Shown: one piece after another, positions 15,410-19,527 of the stretch
How the letters are laid out: every line of letters starts with the position of its first letter
How positions within the stretch are numbered: position 1 is the first letter of the stretch
Origin: a virus
DNA: 19,527 nucleotides
UHGV virus genome: UHGV-0119084
Direction: 5' to 3' (one strand)
The notes under the pieces: generated by a model
What the model was told of the DNA's origin: nothing
Databases searched by the model: none
The model's input: only the letters and a program-made list of their open reading frames with translations
Program-made: the position numbers and the translations under genes

Positions 15410-16492
15410 TTAGAACTGGTAAACCATACCTACAGCAACGATATCATCGGTAGCAACGCCAGATGCTTTCGTGAAATCGCTCTTATCAATCAGGTTGATT
15501 TTGTAGTCAACAAAAGTGGACATATTTTTGTTGAAGTAATAGGTTGCACCTACATCAACATATTCAACCAGGTCCTGATCACCCCAAACACCCAAGTCTT
15601 TTCCTTTAGAATGCAGGTAAGCAACGGATGGACGCAGGCCGAAGTCGAACTGATATTGTGCAACAGCTTCGAAGTTTTGTGCTTTGTTGGCAATATGGTT
15701 ATTACCAAAAACAGTCATGTTCTGGGTTTCAGAATAGGTGGTGGCCAGATAGATGTTGTTCGCATCATATTTCAGACCAGCTGCCCATACTTCAGCATTT
15801 TGACCAGAAGCATTCAGACCGTTGTTACCGTAGATAACCTGATTATTAGTGCGATCAGATTTAGCATAGGTTGCACCTACACCGAATCCTTCATACTCAT
15901 AAGTAGTGGAGAAACCGAAACCATCACCATTAGCTTCAGTTACGTCAGTGCGGTCATTTTTACCCTGATACTGAGCAGCAAAGTTCAGACCATCAACCAG
16001 ACCAAAGAAGTCGTTGTTACGATAAGTTGCAACACCAGTGGTGCGACCAGTCATGAACACATCTGTTTGAGTCCAAGTGTCACCACCGAATTCTGGCAGG
16101 ACGTCAGTCCACGCACCGATGTCGTATGCTACACCGTAGTTACGGCCGTAATCGATGGAGCCGTAGTCACCGAATTTCAGGCCAGCGAAGGCAAGACGGG
16201 TTTTATCTTTGGAGGAACCTTGAGATTCAGCGCGGTTGCCTTTGAATTCATATTCCCACTGACCGAAACCAGTCAGTTGATCGTTGATTTGGGTTTCACC
16301 TTTGAAGCCAAGACGGGCATAAGTAGTATCACCATCATCTGCATCATTAGAGGAGAAGTAGTGCTTAGCATTAACTTTCCCGTACAGATCCAGCTTGTTA
16401 CTGTCTTTATTATAAATTTCAGCTGCCTGAGCAGACATCGCCATCAGTACTGATGCAGCTACAGCAGAAATTGCCACTGTTAATTTTTTCAT
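15410..16492 (-). CDS. nmpC: General outer-membrane porin (OmpC/OmpF/NmpC family), intact, with signal peptide
   Basis: 360-aa [50 protein letters not shown]... ending ...VAVGMVYQF (typical porin C-terminal Phe); matches NmpC/OmpD-type porins as recalled. Confidence 0.93.
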   Translation of the reverse strand: MKKLTVAISAVAASVLMAMSAQAAEIYNKDSNKLDLYGKVNAKHYFSSNDADDGDTTYARLGFKGETQINDQLTGFGQWEYEFKGNRAESQGSSKDKTRLAFAGLKFGDYGSIDYGRNYGVAYDIGAWTDVLPEFGGDTWTQTDVFMTGRTTGVATYRNNDFFGLVDGLNFAAQYQGKNDRTDVTEANGDGFGFSTTYEYEGFGVGATYAKSDRTNNQVIYGNNGLNASGQNAEVWAAGLKYDANNIYLATTYSETQNMTVFGNNHIANKAQNFEAVAQYQFDFGLRPSVAYLHSKGKDLGVWGDQDLVEYVDVGATYYFNKNMSTFVDYKINLIDKSDFTKASGVATDDIVAVGMVYQF

Positions 16493-17080
16493 CGTGAGCC
16501 CTTTTTTTTGAACTATTATTAAAAAATGATGTCACTGCGCGATAAATATTCATCTAATCAATGTGATTATTTCAAGATGTAAGTTTTAGTTTCTCATTTA
16601 ATTTGTGAAGTAGATCTCTATTTTTATCTGAACTTTTTCTATCGAAACCTATTTATGGCTCTTATTTGAACAATAATAAACCTATTAGCTAATTTATATT
16701 AATGGCTGTTATTTATGGGGGGTCTATAATTCGATGGTTTAATTTAAATTAACTAAAAATAACGCCGGAAATTATTTATTGGTTATTTGTTGAGGTTTTC
16801 TTATGTATTTGTGGTGGTGTTTTGAACACTCGGTAGCATTCTCATAAATATCATTCAGTGGTTTACGTACGTAAAAAATTGGTTATGCTGTTAAGAGTGG
16901 TTACTTCGTCACACAGCTTAAACCCGCCGTCGAGCTGGTTTTTCCATTTTTTGAGTCTCGATATTAGCTGATAACTCAATACCTGAGTTATTCACTGACT
17001 CCGAGTCTGTTACGTTTCTGCTTTTTTGCGATACGTTGTATTCCCTCAATTTACACCCGCTTTGTCTGCGAGGTGGGGTT

Positions 17081-17296
17081 ATGAAATCCATGGATAAGTT
17101 AACAACGGGTGTCGCCTATGGCACCTCAGCAGGTAGTGCCGGTTACTGGTTTTTACAGCTGCTCGATAAAGTCACGCCCTCACAGTGGGCAGCAATAGGT
17201 GTGCTGGGTAGCCTGGTATTTGGCCTGCTGACGTACCTGACAAACCTTTATTTCAAGATTAAAGAAGATAAGCGCAAGGCTGCGAGAGGTGAATAA
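17081..17296 (+). CDS. essD: Phage-21-type pinholin (S21-like) with a dual-start motif (MKSM)
   Basis: [71 protein letters not shown] (71 aa); two TM segments; a GGTGGGG RBS-like run precedes the ATG. Confidence 0.88.
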
Positions 17297-17793
17297 TGCC
17301 TCCATCATTACGAAAAGCCGTTGCTGCTGCTATTGGTGGCGGAGCAATTGCTATAGCATCAGTGTTAATCACTGGCCCAAGTGGTAACGATGGTCTGGAA
17401 GGTGTCAGCTACATACCATACAAAGATATTGTTGGTGTATGGACTGTATGTCACGGGCATACAGGAAAAGACATCATGCTCGGTAAAACGTATACCAAAG
17501 CAGAATGCAAAGCCCTCCTGAATAAAGACCTTGCCACGGTCGCCAGACAAATTAACCCGTACATAAAAGTTGATATACCGGAAACAACGCGCGGCGCTCT
17601 TTACTCGTTCGTCTACAACGTGGGTGCTGGCAATTTCAGAACATCGACGCTTCTTCGCAAAATAAACCACGGTGATATCAAAGGCGCATGTGATCAGCTA
17701 CGGCGCTGGACATACGCTGGCGGTAATCAATGGAAAGGACTGATGACTCGCCGTGAGATTGAGCGTGAAGTCTGTTTGTGGGGGAAACAATGA
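17296..17793 (+). CDS. rrrD: SAR endolysin (T4-lysozyme-like muramidase, phage 21 R-type) with an N-terminal signal-anchor-release domain
   Basis: 165-aa [62 protein letters not shown]...; the Gly/Ala-rich N-terminal hydrophobic segment is typical of SAR endolysins. Confidence 0.9.
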   Translation: MPPSLRKAVAAAIGGGAIAIASVLITGPSGNDGLEGVSYIPYKDIVGVWTVCHGHTGKDIMLGKTYTKAECKALLNKDLATVARQINPYIKVDIPETTRGALYSFVYNVGAGNFRTSTLLRKINHGDIKGACDQLRRWTYAGGNQWKGLMTRREIEREVCLWGKQ

Positions 17794-18257
17794 GCAGAGT
17801 AACCGCGATTATCTCCGCTCTGGTTATCTGCATCATCGTCTGCCTGTCATGGGCTGTTAATCATTACCGTGATAACGCCATTACCTACAAAGCCCAGCGC
17901 GACAAAAATGTCAGAGAACTGAAGCTGGCGAACGCGGCAATTACTGACATGCAGATGCGTCAGCGTGATGTTGCTGCGCTCGATGCAAAATACACGAAGG
18001 AGTTAGCTGATGCGAAAGCTGAAAATGATGCTCTTCTGCGGAAGCTTGATAATGGTGGCAGGGTGCTCGTCAAAGGAAAATGCCCTGTGCCATCCTCTGC
18101 CGAAACCTCCAGCGCCTCCGGCATGGGCAATGATGCCACCGTCGAACTCTCTCCAGTTGCTGGACGAAACGTTCTCGATATCCGGGACGGAATTATCCGC
18201 GACCAAACAGCACTGAGAACGCTTCAGGAATACATTAGGACGCAATGCCTTCGATGA
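17790..18257 (+). CDS. rzpD: i-spanin Rz-like (N-terminal TM, periplasmic coiled coil)
   Basis: [55 protein letters not shown]...; overlaps the endolysin stop. Confidence 0.85.
   Translation: MSRVTAIISALVICIIVCLSWAVNHYRDNAITYKAQRDKNVRELKLANAAITDMQMRQRDVAALDAKYTKELADAKAENDALLRKLDNGGRVLVKGKCPVPSSAETSSASGMGNDATVELSPVAGRNVLDIRDGIIRDQTALRTLQEYIRTQCLR
18010..18216 (+). CDS. rzoD: o-spanin Rz1-like lipoprotein embedded in the +1 frame of Rz
   Basis: [44 protein letters not shown]...: lipobox VAGC and proline-rich mature region, fully nested in rzpD. Confidence 0.75.
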   Translation: MRKLKMMLFCGSLIMVAGCSSKENALCHPLPKPPAPPAWAMMPPSNSLQLLDETFSISGTELSATKQH

Positions 18258-18430
18258 TAGCGATAATTTTACTCATCATCCTTCACATCTGGCTCTGTAG
18301 ACAGGGTGGTGATCACTTCTGGAGTAAATCCAGATTAAACATCTCATTGCTGATGCTTGATATTGAGCATCTGGCGCGCAGTAAGGGGCTGCGTTGAGAT
18401 AAGAGCCAGTTCATTACAAATACCAGGATT

Positions 18431-18456
18431 TAGCCTCGCATTCGCGGGGCTTTTTA
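18431..18456 (+). terminator. Intrinsic terminator downstream of the lysis cassette
   Basis: AGCCTCGC-attc-GCGGGGCT hairpin (one G-U pair) followed by TTTTAT. Confidence 0.55.
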
Positions 18457-18599
18457 TATCTGAATTTCACAGCGCATCTCACGCGCATATTAACGAGAGC
18501 CTTTCAGTAAGCGAGCCTGAGAAATGCCGTTATAGGTGGCGACCTCTCTCGGGCGGCTTTTCTGTGAGACAGGCTCACTTTCTAAAAGGTAAAGACGCT

Positions 18600-19124
18600 A
18601 TGAATAATCATTCAGTTATTCCAGCCTTCGACTTCCGAGAAATGGTGCAAGCCAAAAACGGAGAGGTCGTTACCACATCCAGAAAAATTGCCAAGTACTT
18701 CGGCAAGCGACACGGTGATGTTCTCAGGAAAATCGAGCAGGTTAAGGCTGATTGCTCGCGTGAGTTTAGCCAACGCAATTTTGCGTCGGCTGATTATATC
18801 GATGAGCAGGGCAAGGTTCGCCCGATGTACAGCCTGACGAAAGATGGCTGGATCATGGTTGTGATGGGGTTCACCGGGAAAGCTGCTGCGGCAATCAAGG
18901 AGAGCTATATCGCAGCATTCAACTGGATGGCAGAACAACTGAGCCGCCGCATGGCAATTGGCGAAGAAATGCAGCACCGCTACGCCATCAAAGAAACACG
19001 CTCAAAGCTGAAAGGTACGATCGGCAGTCGGTTAATGAACGAACGGAAGAAAGAGAAGCGTGTCCTGGCTGTCGAGCATGAATACATCTTGCAGGTGACA
19101 CAGCCTGAACTGCTGATTAATTGA
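18600..19124 (+). CDS. rha: Rha-family phage regulatory protein
   Basis: MNNHSVIPAFDFREMVQAKNGEVVTTSRKIAKYFGKRHGDVLRKIEQVKADCSREF... is typical of the Rha N-terminal domain; start set at the ATG preceded by AAAAGG. The ORF-track frame starts 81 codons earlier with no support. Confidence 0.7.
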   Translation: MNNHSVIPAFDFREMVQAKNGEVVTTSRKIAKYFGKRHGDVLRKIEQVKADCSREFSQRNFASADYIDEQGKVRPMYSLTKDGWIMVVMGFTGKAAAAIKESYIAAFNWMAEQLSRRMAIGEEMQHRYAIKETRSKLKGTIGSRLMNERKKEKRVLAVEHEYILQVTQPELLIN

Positions 19125-19527
19125 AGATGTCATTACAAAGCCTATCTACGGGGGGCTTGATAATGGCTTATACCCTGCACGGGATAACTTAACTGATATC
19201 CCTTTTAACGGATAAAGGTATTCAAGCCTGACACATCATGCGCTGTATCGTCGCCGTATTCCCGCATTAACCATGACCGTAGCCCGACGGGGAATTCCTT
19301 CTGCGTGAGTGTGCGGGAATAATCAAAAACGATGCACACCGGGTTATTAACGCGTCAACTGAACGCGGGGTTGCTCTTCATGTCAGCCAGTCCGGTGCAG
19401 GGGTAGAAGAAACCGGACGTTATGGTTTAGTGTGGAAACATTTGTGATGTGCTCTGTATGTTTTCAGTAAAGAGTAATGAATTATCAAAGGTATAGTAAT
19501 ATCTTTTTTGTTCGTGGATATTTGTAA

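Noticed and set aside
15611-16453. Plus-strand 280-aa ORF and the nested 15628..15837 ORF
   Set aside because: Antisense to the porin gene, which has a signal peptide and a canonical porin C-terminus; shadow ORFs.
16493-17035. Looked for a tRNA gene or small ORF in the long AT-rich spacer between nmpC and the pinholin gene
   Set aside because: No cloverleaf-compatible sequence or GTTC-type T-arm motif was seen and no ORF has an RBS; the region is better explained as the nmpC promoter/5' UTR plus the late-promoter region.

Overview
This window reads as a mosaic lambdoid prophage segment from an Enterobacteriaceae genome (E. coli-like), with the left arm on the minus strand and the right arm on the plus strand. 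Product calls rest on recalled similarity to lambda, Rac, phage 21 and DLP12 proteins, not on a database search. Left arm (minus strand): a lambda-type int (running off the window edge, 3' end divergent), xis, ea8.5, ea22, a TraR-like orf73, small b-region ORFs, then the Red module exo-bet-gam and a KilR-like gene. Centre: a heteroimmune immunity region with an S24/LexA-type cI repressor, divergent pRM/pR and pL candidates, no N gene, and a short Cro-like ORF followed only by the C-terminal part of O, then intact P and ren. Right arm: an AT-rich moron block (emrE, large serine recombinase ybcK, ybcL, ybcM), a nin-like region (ybcN, ninE, ybcO, rusA, ylcG), Q-like antiterminator quuD, an intact convergent porin gene nmpC, a phage-21-type lysis cassette (pinholin, SAR endolysin, Rz/Rz1) and a Rha-family gene. 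The most interesting element is an uncharacterised AT-rich two-gene cassette (5933..6651, minus strand) sitting between cI and pL, the slot that lambda uses for the rexA-rexB exclusion system; it encodes a small acidic protein plus a coiled-coil tail-anchored membrane protein and ends in its own intrinsic terminator. I propose it as a candidate prophage-encoded exclusion/defence module. No rRNA, tRNA or CRISPR array was seen.
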